Shown here: piece by piece, positions 28,760 through 37,153 of the stretch
How positions within the stretch are numbered: position 1 is the stretch's first letter
How the letters are laid out: each line of letters opens with the position of its first letter
Assembly (NCBI GenBank): GCA_031365825.1
Contig: JANLYV010000162.1
Location: forward strand, 1-55,023
DNA: 55,023 bases
Direction: 5' to 3'
Source: Rubrivivax sp.
Lineage (GTDB): Bacteria; Pseudomonadota; Gammaproteobacteria; Burkholderiales; Burkholderiaceae_C
Made by a program: the position numbers and the translations under genes
The notes under the pieces: model-generated
What the model saw: only the letters and a program-made list of their open reading frames with translations
What the model was told of the DNA's origin: nothing
Database searches by the model: none

Positions 28760-29465
28760 GCTGTTGCGCGTCGAGGCCTTGACCTGCGGCCACGGTGAAT
28801 CGGTGGTGCTCAGCGACGTGAGCTTCGCGCTCGAAGGCGGCCGCTCGCTGGCGCTGCTCGGCCGCAACGGCACCGGCAAGACGACCCTGCTCGACACGCT
28901 CGTGGGTGTGACGCGGCGCCATGCCGGGCGCATCACACTGGCCGGGCGCGAGATCCAGTCGCTGGCCGTGCACCTGCGCGCCGCGGCCGGCATTGGCTGG
29001 GTGCCGCAGGAGCGCAACATCTTCAAGTCGCTGACGGTGGACGAAAACCTCTCGGCCGTCGCGCGCCCTGGGCCCTGGGATGCGAAGCGCGTGTTCGAGC
29101 TCTTCCCGCGCCTGGCCGAGCGCCGCCGCAACCTGGGCACGCAACTCTCGGGCGGCGAGCAGCAGATGCTGGCCTTCGCCCGCGCGCTGGTGCTGAACCC
29201 CAAACTGCTGCTGCTCGACGAGCCGCTCGAAGGCCTGGCGCCGATCATCGTCGAGGAGTTGCTGCGTGCCATCCGCCGTGTGGCGCGCGACGAAGGCCTG
29301 TCGTCGATCGTCGTCGAGCAGCATCCGCAGATGGTGCTGGGTGTCACCGACGATTGCATCGTGCTCGACCGCGGCGGCATCGCCTTGCGCGCCAGCAGCG
29401 CAGCGCTGCGCGCCGACGCGAGGCCGCTCGATGCCTGGCTTGGCGTCGCGTCGCATGGGGCGTGA
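28752..29465 (+). CDS. LivF-like ABC ATPase
   Basis: GRNGTGKTT, VPQER.IF, LFPRLAER, LSGGEQQML, LDEPLEGLAP, VEQH. Confidence 0.9.
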   Translation: MAELLRVEALTCGHGESVVLSDVSFALEGGRSLALLGRNGTGKTTLLDTLVGVTRRHAGRITLAGREIQSLAVHLRAAAGIGWVPQERNIFKSLTVDENLSAVARPGPWDAKRVFELFPRLAERRRNLGTQLSGGEQQMLAFARALVLNPKLLLLDEPLEGLAPIIVEELLRAIRRVARDEGLSSIVVEQHPQMVLGVTDDCIVLDRGGIALRASSAALRADARPLDAWLGVASHGA

Positions 29466-29615
29466 GAGCCGCAGCGCATGCGGCGTCGGTCAACTTATCT
29501 CGAATGGGCTCGGTGGTGACGGCACGATGCAGCGCCGCTTGCGCACAGCCTGGCGACACGAGGGCTTGTCGAACACGCCGTCGGCACGCGCGTGAGGCTG
29601 AAGCCGGCCACCGTG

Positions 29616-29672
29616 CATCCCCCCGATGGGGGTTGGCCCGGGGGCCCCCGTTTTTCCACCACCGGGGTGATG
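29616..29672. promoter_or_regulatory. Cluster of G/C palindromes with a T5 run (terminator/attenuator or regulator-binding sites)
   Basis: CCCCC-GAT-GGGGG (29620-29632), CGGGGGCCCCCG (29639-29650) followed by TTTTT, CACC-N5-GGTG (29657-29669). Confidence 0.45.
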
Positions 29673-29727
29673 GTGCGTCCGCCGCGACGGCGCGAGCATG
29701 GCGGCCATCGACAACCAGGAGTACCCC

Positions 29728-29919
29728 ATGCCTCAACTGCCACGCTGGTTGTTACCTTCACGCCAGTTGCCACCCCCCACGCGCCGTCGCCATCACGATG
29801 AGCCCGTGCTCGAAGAAGACGAGAAGCCGCTGGGCTGCGGCTGGTTCGACTCGAGCCACGAACTGCAACGCGGGCTGCACGTGGTCGAGATCGCGCCGCG
29901 TGCCACCGCGCCGGCCTGA
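29728..29919 (+). CDS. Small hypothetical protein (63 aa) with a GWFDSS.EL..GL.V.E motif
   Basis: AGGAG at 29717-29721, 6 nt before the ATG; coherent ORF filling the gap before pqiA. Confidence 0.65.
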   Translation: MPQLPRWLLPSRQLPPPTRRRHHDEPVLEEDEKPLGCGWFDSSHELQRGLHVVEIAPRATAPA

Positions 29920-29935
29920 CGGGCACAATGCCCGC

Positions 29936-30577
29936 ATGCCAGGCCAGCAGCCACCCGCGATCGACCTTCTGACGCCGCGCCAGCGCTGGGTCTGCTTCGA
30001 ATGCGACGCCGCCTACGCGCAAAGACCACTGGGCAAGGACGACTTGCTGCGCTGCCGCCGCTGCGGCGCCACGCTGGCACGCGGACACGGCCTCGGGACC
30101 GACGGCCAGCTCGGTCTGGCGGTGGGTGCACTGTTGACTTTCGCCATCGCCAGCCTCAGCCCCATCGTCACGCTCGAACTGCGTGGCATGCACTCGGTGG
30201 CCACGCTGTTCGAGGCCACGCGCGACACCTGGTTGGCCGGTGAACATGGCGTGGCGATGTTGTCGGCGGCCACCGCCTTTGTCTTCCCGTTGCTGGTCAT
30301 CGTGCTGCACTTGTGGGCGGTGTTGCCGTTGGTGCTGGGCCGCCGCGCCTGGGGCCTGGCGCGTGTGCTGCGCGTGCTGCGCTGGGTCATGCGCTGGAGC
30401 ATGGTCGAGGTCTTCATGCTCGGCGTGCTCATCGCCGTGGTGCGCAGCGCCGGGATCACCCACATCGTGCTCGGGCCGGGAATCTTTGCCTATGGCGTGT
30501 TGACGGTGCTGCTGACGGGCATGCAGGCGGCAGGGCTGGACGCGCTGTGGCGCCATGTCGACGACGTGCGGGCATGA
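29936..30577 (+). CDS. pqiA: PqiA/LetA-family membrane protein, first half
   Basis: CFECD..CRRCG zinc ribbon, TM helices, WSMVEVFMLGVLIA. Confidence 0.87.
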   Translation: MPGQQPPAIDLLTPRQRWVCFECDAAYAQRPLGKDDLLRCRRCGATLARGHGLGTDGQLGLAVGALLTFAIASLSPIVTLELRGMHSVATLFEATRDTWLAGEHGVAMLSAATAFVFPLLVIVLHLWAVLPLVLGRRAWGLARVLRVLRWVMRWSMVEVFMLGVLIAVVRSAGITHIVLGPGIFAYGVLTVLLTGMQAAGLDALWRHVDDVRA

Positions 30578-30691
30578 GACACCCTGTGTCAACCCCGGCG
30601 CTGCGGGCCGAGCGCCGGGCCGCTCCCAAGCCGGCCCGCATCCCCTCGGGGGATCGACCGACGTACTCGTCGGACGAGGGGCTGTCATGAG
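30573..30691 (+). repeat. Hairpin-rich miniature insert flanked by CATGAG direct repeats, containing a 38-aa coupled mini-ORF (30574-30690)
   Basis: CATGAG at 30573-30578 and 30686-30691; stems CCCGGCGCT/AGCGCCGGG, GGGCCG/CGGCCC, ATCCCC/GGGGAT, CCGACG/CGTCGG; GAGGGG before the downstream ATG. Confidence 0.6.
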
Positions 30692-31343
30692 CACGACCTA
30701 CGCACTGGCCGATGCGCTGCGCGTTCGTGGCTGCGAATGTTGTGGCCTGGTGACCTCAGTCGCCGCGGCCGACGCGAAGTTGCGCTGTGCCCGTTGCGAT
30801 TTTCCCTTGCACCGGCGCAAGCCGCAAAGCGTGCAGCGCACGGCGGCCTTGCTGGCCACCGCCGCGCTGCTGTACATCCCGGCCAACCTGCTGCCGGTGA
30901 TGTCCACGCGCAGCGTCTTCGGGCGCGACAGCCACACGCTGGTGGGCGGCATCGTGGAGCTCTGGCATTCGGACGCGGTCGAGCTGGCGCTGATCGTCTT
31001 CATTGCCAGCATCGCCGTGCCGATCTTGAAGATCGCCGCGCTGGCGCTGTTGTGCTGGACCGCGCACCGCCGCTCGTTGTGGCGCCAGCGCGAACGTGCC
31101 GGGCTGTATCGTGTCGTCGAAACGGTGGGTCATTGGTCGATGCTCGATGTCTTCGTGGTGGTGTTGCTGGTGGGCATGGTGCGCTTCGGCATCCTCGCCC
31201 GCGTCGAGCCCGAGGCCGGGCTGCTGGCCTTCGGCGGCGTGGTCGTGGCCACCATGCTGGCCTCGGCCTGTTTCGACCCGCGGCTGATCTGGCCGCAGCC
31301 GGCTGACTTGCGTGAAGCTGGCGAAGCGCGGCGCGCACCATGA
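30687..31343 (+). CDS. pqiA: PqiA/LetA-family membrane protein, second half
   Basis: CECCG..CARCD, RKPQS, LYIPANLLPVM, IVFIASI.VP..K, G.WSMLDVFVV, FDPRLIW. Confidence 0.9.
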   Translation: MSTTYALADALRVRGCECCGLVTSVAAADAKLRCARCDFPLHRRKPQSVQRTAALLATAALLYIPANLLPVMSTRSVFGRDSHTLVGGIVELWHSDAVELALIVFIASIAVPILKIAALALLCWTAHRRSLWRQRERAGLYRVVETVGHWSMLDVFVVVLLVGMVRFGILARVEPEAGLLAFGGVVVATMLASACFDPRLIWPQPADLREAGEARRAP

Positions 31344-33028
31344 ACACGCCCGAACCCGAAGCTGGCGCGGACCCGGTGGAGCCGGTGTTGTCGCGGCAGA
31401 ACCGGCTGCACCTCTCGCTGGTGTGGATCGTGCCGTTGGTGGCGCTGGTCATCGGCGTGGTGCTGGTGGTGCGCTCGGTGACGCAGAGCGGGCCCGAGAT
31501 CCTGATCGAGTTCCGCAGCGCCGAAGGCCTGGAGGCCGGGCGCACCGAGGTGCGCTTCAAGGAAGTGGTGGTGGGCCAGGTGCGCCGCGTCCGGCTCAGC
31601 CCGGGCCTGAGGCGCGTGCTCGTCACCGTCGCGCTGGACAAGAGCGTGGCCAGCCTGGCGGTGGAAGACACGCGCTTCTGGGTGGTGCGCCCGCGCATCG
31701 GCACCGCCGGTGTCAGTGGCTTGGCGACGTTGGTCTCCGGCGCCTACATCGGTGTCGATGCCGGCGTGTCGGAAGAGTCGCGCAGCGAATTCATCGGCCT
31801 GGACGTGCCGCCGCTGGTGTTGCGCGGCGAGCCCGGGCGCAGCTTCGTGCTGCGTGCCGATGACATCGGCTCGCTCGATGTCGGCTCGCCGGTCTACCAC
31901 CGCCGCATCCGCGTCGGCCGCGTCGTCGGCTACACGCTGCAGGCCGATGGCCGGGCGGTGCAGGTGCAGGTCTTCATCGAAGCGCCGCACGAAAAGCTGG
32001 TGACGAAACAGGCGCGCTTCTGGAACGCCAGCGGCGTGGACCTGACGCTCAGCGCCAGCGGCCTGACGCTGAACACACAGTCCATCGCCTCGGTTATTGC
32101 CGGCGGCCTGGCCTTTGCCGTGCCCGAAGGCGGCGAGGCCGCGCCGGCGGCTGAAGCGGGCCAGCAGTTTCAGCTCTTTGCGACGCAGCGCGCCGCACTC
32201 GCGCCCGAAGACGGCGAGCCGCTGCGCATCCGCATGGTCTTCAACCAGTCGCTGCGCGGGCTGGAAGTCGGCGCGCCGGTGGAGCTGCTGGGCGTGCCGC
32301 TGGGCACGGTGCGCAGCATCGAGTTCCAGCACGAAGAGTCGGCAACGCGGCTGCCGATCGAGGTCACGGCCGACATCTACCCGCTGCGCCTGGGCGGGCT
32401 GCGCGAGCGCATCGCCGCCAAGGCCGGCGGTGGTGACAGCGGCGACCGGCAATTCCTGAAGCAGCTGATCACGCGCGGGCTGCGCGCACAGGCGCGCACC
32501 GGCAACCTGCTCACCGGCCAGCTCTACGTCGCGCTCGACTTCGTGCCCAAGGCGCCTGCCGTAACCTTCGACGCCGGCGCTGCCGTGCCGACCCTGCCCA
32601 CCACCCAGGGCGCGCTGAGCGACGCGCAGGCGCAGCTCACCGACATCCTTGGCCGCGTCTCCAAGGTGCGCTTCGACGAGATCGGCGGCGACCTGCAGGA
32701 AACACTGCGCAGCGTGCGCCAGATGGGCGAGTCGCTGCAGACGGTGCTGGGCAGTACCGACAGCACCATCAAGCAGCTCAACCCGAAACTGCAGCAGACC
32801 TTGAGCGACCTGCAAAAGACGCTGGGCGCGGCCGAGCAGACGCTGCGCAGCGCCGAGAGCAACATCGTGGACACGCAGGCGCCACTGCAACGCAGCACCA
32901 GCGCCGCACTGGCCGAGCTGCAGCGCGCGGCGCAGTCCATGCGCGTGCTCGCCGACTACCTGCAACAACATCCCGAGACGCTGCTGCGTGGCAAGCCGGC
33001 CGATCCGGTGGTGGAGGGCGCGCGATGA
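31340..33028 (+). CDS. pqiB: PqiB-family multi-MCE-domain protein
   Basis: SLVWIVP TM, three MCE repeats (AEGLEAG.T, GSLDVGSPVY, RGLEVGAPV), GNLLTGQLYV, C-terminal coiled coil ending HPETLLRGK. Confidence 0.92.
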   Translation: MNTPEPEAGADPVEPVLSRQNRLHLSLVWIVPLVALVIGVVLVVRSVTQSGPEILIEFRSAEGLEAGRTEVRFKEVVVGQVRRVRLSPGLRRVLVTVALDKSVASLAVEDTRFWVVRPRIGTAGVSGLATLVSGAYIGVDAGVSEESRSEFIGLDVPPLVLRGEPGRSFVLRADDIGSLDVGSPVYHRRIRVGRVVGYTLQADGRAVQVQVFIEAPHEKLVTKQARFWNASGVDLTLSASGLTLNTQSIASVIAGGLAFAVPEGGEAAPAAEAGQQFQLFATQRAALAPEDGEPLRIRMVFNQSLRGLEVGAPVELLGVPLGTVRSIEFQHEESATRLPIEVTADIYPLRLGGLRERIAAKAGGGDSGDRQFLKQLITRGLRAQARTGNLLTGQLYVALDFVPKAPAVTFDAGAAVPTLPTTQGALSDAQAQLTDILGRVSKVRFDEIGGDLQETLRSVRQMGESLQTVLGSTDSTIKQLNPKLQQTLSDLQKTLGAAEQTLRSAESNIVDTQAPLQRSTSAALAELQRAAQSMRVLADYLQQHPETLLRGKPADPVVEGAR

Positions 33029-33663
33029 AGGCCCGCCTCGTGTGTGGGCCGTGGCTGCTGTGCCTGGGCATGGCCCTGGCTGGCTGTGGCACGGCGCCAC
33101 CGACGCGGCTGCACTCGCTCTTGCCGGCGCCGGCTGCAGCTGCGGCCCCTGCCGCCGCGATCGGCACACCGGTGGCCGCGAGCTGGGAACTGGCGGGCGT
33201 CAACGTGCCGGCGCAGGTGGATCAACCGCAGTGGCTGGTGCGCCTGGCCGACGACAGCCTGGTGGCGCTGGAGCACGACCGCTGGGTCGCGCCGCTAACC
33301 GACGAGATACGCGGTGCGCTGGTGCAGCACATCGCCGCCGCATTGCAGGCTGCGCCACTGCGCAACGCGGCGCTGGCGGTACCGGCGCCGCGCTGGCGCA
33401 TCAACGTCGAGGTGATGCGGCTTGACGCGTCACCGGGCCGCTACAGCCGTTGGGATGTGGCCTGGACGCTGCAGCGTGTCGGCGCCGCGGCCCCGGCGCT
33501 GCGCTGCCGTGGTGTGTTCGAACAGGCAGCCGCAGCCGGGCTGCCGGCACTGGCCGCGGCGCATCGCGCCAACATGGCGCGACTGGGTGACGCGCTCGCC
33601 GCTGACCTGCGCCGGCTGTCAGCCTTGCCTGAAGGCACCCGCGCGGACTGCGCCGCGGCGTAG
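33025..33663 (+). CDS. pqiC: PqiC-family lipoprotein
   Basis: Lipobox LAGC, VNVPAQVDQPQ, DRWVAPL. Confidence 0.85.
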   Translation: MKARLVCGPWLLCLGMALAGCGTAPPTRLHSLLPAPAAAAAPAAAIGTPVAASWELAGVNVPAQVDQPQWLVRLADDSLVALEHDRWVAPLTDEIRGALVQHIAAALQAAPLRNAALAVPAPRWRINVEVMRLDASPGRYSRWDVAWTLQRVGAAAPALRCRGVFEQAAAAGLPALAAAHRANMARLGDALAADLRRLSALPEGTRADCAAA

Positions 33664-33666
33664 GCG

Positions 33667-34539
33667 CTAGCGCGGCAGCGCCGCGAGCCGCGCGCGCACC
33701 GCGTCGGCAGGTTTGACGAAGCCGCCGGCGCTGTAGACCGTCAGTGCGCGCTCGTAGAACTCACGCGCCGCAGCGGCCTGGTTGCGCCGCACTTCGGTGT
33801 CGCCGGCCAGCAGCAAGTCCAGGCCGATGCGGTCAGGCAAGCCCAGCCGCTGGTCGATGGCCAGCGCCTGCGCCAGCGTCGCGGCGGCCTCGGCCGTCTG
33901 CCCGAGTTGAAGTTGCGCCCGGCCGAGCTGGCGTTGGCCGTTGGCCAACTCGGCCGGCTGCTCCGCGGCGAGCGTGATGGCGCGCCCGGCTTCGGCGGCG
34001 GCGCCGGCGGCGTCGCCACGCTGCAGTGCGACATGCGCTCGCACGTTGGCCAGCACGGCGCCCACGTCGCACGGCGCCGGGCAGGCGGCCAACGCGCTGG
34101 CGGCGGCTTGCAGCGCGGCGTCGAGATCGTTGCTGTCGGCGTGGAGCAAGGCCTTGCGCGCCGCGGCACGCGCTTGCAACGCGGTGCCATAACGCTGCGG
34201 TGCGGCCAGGATGCGGTCGAGCCGGCCATGCGCCAGCGCCGCCTCACCGCGACGCGAATGCACCAGCGCCAGGTTGAGCAGCGCCGCGCCGGCGAGCTCG
34301 AAGTCTTCGACCGATTCGGCCGCCGCCAATGCGCGTGCATAGAGCGTTAGCGCCTGCTCGAGCTCGCCCGCGGCCAACGCGCGTGCGGCCTGCTGGCTGG
34401 CGCTGGCGGCACTTTGCTGAGGCGCGCTGCGCAGCGCTGGCGGCGTGCCGCAGCCGGCCAGCATGGCCGCGGCCAGCAGACCTGCGGCGATGGTCGCGGC
34501 GTCAAGGCGCCGGGGGCTGGCGCAGCGCGCTGCTGTCAT
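33667..34539 (-). CDS. TPR-repeat lipoprotein
   Basis: Lipobox MLAGC; helical repeats ALTLYARAL, ALLNLALVH, QALAIDQRLG, AREFYERAL. Confidence 0.8.
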   Translation of the reverse strand: MTAARCASPRRLDAATIAAGLLAAAMLAGCGTPPALRSAPQQSAASASQQAARALAAGELEQALTLYARALAAAESVEDFELAGAALLNLALVHSRRGEAALAHGRLDRILAAPQRYGTALQARAAARKALLHADSNDLDAALQAAASALAACPAPCDVGAVLANVRAHVALQRGDAAGAAAEAGRAITLAAEQPAELANGQRQLGRAQLQLGQTAEAAATLAQALAIDQRLGLPDRIGLDLLLAGDTEVRRNQAAAAREFYERALTVYSAGGFVKPADAVRARLAALPR

Positions 34540-35572
34540 GGCTGTCGATGGGCAATTGCGTGGGCGGTGGTGGCGGCAGCAGGCTGCGCAGCGGCCACGA
34601 CTGGCGCAGCCCCTGCATCATCTCGCGCGACTCGTCCACCAGCGGCGGCGCGGCACGCAGCAGCGGCGGCAGCCCGGTGGCGGCGGCACTGGCGATGGTG
34701 CGCGTGTCGCGCAGCACGGCATCGAGATGGCCGAGCATGTCTTCGCTCTTGCCCAGGATGGCGGGCAGCTTGCCATTCACCGTGTCGAGGCTCTTCTCCG
34801 CCTGGCCGATGAGCCCGCCCAGGCGCTGCAGCGAGCGGTTGGCCTCCACCATCGCGGCTTGCGACTGCACACCCAGGCCGGCGGCGCGGGTACGCATCTC
34901 GGCGCTGAGAGACTGCACATGTTTGCCCGTCTCGGCCAGCGCCAGCGTCAGCGCGTTGACGTTGCTGACGATGGTGTCGATGTCGCCCTTGCGTTCACGC
35001 GCCACGGCCGTGAGCTGCTTGATGTCGTCGAGGATGGGCGCGAAGCGTGCGCGCAGGTCGTCGGCGATGTCGGTCAGTGTGCCGCGCCGCGCGAAGGCCA
35101 CGCGCGGATCAGCGGGTGGCATCGGCGTCTTCGCGCTGCCGGCGCGCAGGTCGATCGAGGCCGGCCGCAACTGTTCGCGGATGACCACGGCGCGGGCGTC
35201 GCTGCGCAGGTGGCCGAAGGGCTCGGCGTCGATGCTCAGCACCACGCGCACGCTCAGGTCGTCCTGCAGCTCCATGCTCTGGATCTTGCCGATGCGAAAG
35301 CCGCTCATGCGCACGGTCGTGCCTGGCGCCAGGCCGAACACATCATCCGCGATGAAGTAGACCTGCTCGCGCCCGGAGAACACGCCCTGCTGCCAGGCGA
35401 TGCCGCCCACCAGCGCCGCGGCAAGCACCACGGCCAAGACCAACAACGCCGCGATCTGGCGCCCGCGCGAGAGCAGCGGCGGCGGCTTGGGGGTCGGCGT
35501 GGGCGTCGGCGCGGGGGTCGGCGCAGGTGTCGGCGCACTTGGGCGCGCGGAATCGGGCGACGCGTCGTTCAC
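34502..35572 (-). CDS. MlaD/MCE-domain protein with a long helical C-terminal region
   Basis: PT/PA-rich N-tail, TM, VFGLAPGTTVRMSGFRIGKI MCE signature; GTG start overlapping the upstream stop (GTGA). Confidence 0.85.
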   Translation of the reverse strand: MNDASPDSARPSAPTPAPTPAPTPTPTPKPPPLLSRGRQIAALLVLAVVLAAALVGGIAWQQGVFSGREQVYFIADDVFGLAPGTTVRMSGFRIGKIQSMELQDDLSVRVVLSIDAEPFGHLRSDARAVVIREQLRPASIDLRAGSAKTPMPPADPRVAFARRGTLTDIADDLRARFAPILDDIKQLTAVARERKGDIDTIVSNVNALTLALAETGKHVQSLSAEMRTRAAGLGVQSQAAMVEANRSLQRLGGLIGQAEKSLDTVNGKLPAILGKSEDMLGHLDAVLRDTRTIASAAATGLPPLLRAAPPLVDESREMMQGLRQSWPLRSLLPPPPPTQLPIDSHDSSALRQPPAP

Positions 35573-36312
35573 AGCAGAAGTACCAGCAGCGCGATCACGT
35601 CCACCACCATCACGAAGCTCAGGCTGCCCAGGCATGCGGCGACCACCGCCTTGGGAATATCGCCGACATCACTGCCCACTTGCAGACCATGGTAGCAGGC
35701 GATGACGGCGATGCCGGCGCCGAAGATCAGGCCTTTCAAGATCGATAGTGGCACCTGCGACCAGCTCGCCGCAGTGAAGAACGAATCGATCTCGAATTCG
35801 AGCTCGGTACCCAGCGTGATGGAGCTCGCCAGCAGCGCCGTGGTGATGGCGATGAACTGGAAACAGCTCACCAGCGCCGCGGCCGAAATGGCCGTGCCCA
35901 GCAGGCGCGGCAGCACCACTTCTTCTTCATGCGTGATGCTGCTCCAGTGGCTGTCGTGGATGCCGCCGCGCAGTTGCATCAGCGCCACTTCAGCGGCGAT
36001 GGCCACGGCACTTCTCACGATGATGATGAGCGCCGTGAGCAGTGGCCCGAGCTCGCGCACGCCGCCCCAGACGATGGCTTTCAACACGGTGTCGTCGTCG
36101 GGGCCGAGCAGGTCGAGCACGCGCGTGACGACGATGGCGCCGAAGACCACGGCGGCCAGGGCGATGTAGGGCAGGGCCTGCACGCCAGTGACCTGGATCT
36201 GCCGCGCCAACGCAGCACGCACGGCCGGCAGGCGCATCAGGTCGCGCCGCGTGAAGGCGTGCGCGAGCATGGAGCTGTAGCCCAGGGCGAGGCGGGCGGT
36301 GGTGGCGATCAT
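35569..36312 (-). CDS. MlaE-family ABC permease
   Basis: QIQVTGVQALP, VRELGPLLTALIIIVRS..AIAAE, VVLPR, KGLIFG..IAVIACYHGL. Confidence 0.87.
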   Translation of the reverse strand: MIATTARLALGYSSMLAHAFTRRDLMRLPAVRAALARQIQVTGVQALPYIALAAVVFGAIVVTRVLDLLGPDDDTVLKAIVWGGVRELGPLLTALIIIVRSAVAIAAEVALMQLRGGIHDSHWSSITHEEEVVLPRLLGTAISAAALVSCFQFIAITTALLASSITLGTELEFEIDSFFTAASWSQVPLSILKGLIFGAGIAVIACYHGLQVGSDVGDIPKAVVAACLGSLSFVMVVDVIALLVLLL

Positions 36313-36352
36313 GGACGGGACCGGGTCGCCGCGATGATGACAGCCATCGACC

Positions 36353-37141
36353 TCAGATCGTGAAGTCGTAGTCGATGGTCAAGGGCGCATGGTCGGAGAA
36401 GCGCTGGTCGAGGTAGATCGATGCGCGCCGCGCCGTCGCGGCGAGGGCCGGTGTGGCGAAGTGGTAGTCCAGCCGCCAGCCCACGTTCTTGGCCCAGGAC
36501 TGACCGCGGTGGCTCCACCAGGTGTACTGCTCGGGCTCCTGGTTCAGCGTGCGAAAGACATCGACCAGGCCGCCCGCGTCAAAGAGCTTGTCTAGCCAGG
36601 CGCGCTCCTCGGGCAGGAAGCCGCTGTTCTTCTGGTTGCTCTTCCAGTTCTTCAGGTCGATGGCCTTGTGCGCGATGTTGATGTCGCCGACGAGGATGAA
36701 CTCGCGCTCGGCCTTGAGCTCAATCAGATGCGCGTAGACATGCGCGAGGAAGCGGAACTTGGCGGCCTGGCGCAGTTCACCGCTGGTGCCGCTGGGGAAG
36801 TAGCAGCTGATGATGCTGAGCTTGCGCGTGGGCGTGTCGAAGCGCGTCTCGACCCAGCGCCCTTCGGCATCGAATTCCTTGTTGCCTGTGCCGGTGATGA
36901 CGGCACTCGGCGTCTTCTTCGTGAACAGGCCGACGCCGGCATAGCCTTTCTTCTCCGCAAAGTGGTAGTGGGCTTTCAAGCCCGCGACTTCGTCGAAGCG
37001 CCCGGCGACGTCGGCGGCCTGGGCCTTGACTTCCTGCACGCCCATACAATCTGTGCCCGTTTGCCCGGCCCACTCGACAAAGCCCTTGTTGGCCGCGGAA
37101 CGAATGCCGTTCAAGTTGAGCGTGATCAGTCTGAAAGCCAA
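36353..37141 (-). CDS. xth: Exodeoxyribonuclease III (AP endonuclease)
   Basis: NLNGIRSA, QEVK, EGR, YFPSG, GDINIAH, YTWWS, GWRLDY, SDHAP; TTG start. Confidence 0.93.
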   Translation of the reverse strand: MAFRLITLNLNGIRSAANKGFVEWAGQTGTDCMGVQEVKAQAADVAGRFDEVAGLKAHYHFAEKKGYAGVGLFTKKTPSAVITGTGNKEFDAEGRWVETRFDTPTRKLSIISCYFPSGTSGELRQAAKFRFLAHVYAHLIELKAEREFILVGDINIAHKAIDLKNWKSNQKNSGFLPEERAWLDKLFDAGGLVDVFRTLNQEPEQYTWWSHRGQSWAKNVGWRLDYHFATPALAATARRASIYLDQRFSDHAPLTIDYDFTI

Positions 37142-37153
37142 GGATTACCCCTC

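Noticed and set aside
29936-31343. Split pqiA interpreted as a pseudogene or novelty
   Set aside because: Each half has its own zinc ribbon and TM domain with proper start and stop; two-gene pqiA is common in proteobacteria.
35490-35540. GTCGGCG-type tandem repeats
   Set aside because: They encode the PTPAPTPAPTPTPTP low-complexity N-tail of the MCE protein; no unique spacers, so not a CRISPR or DNA-level array.
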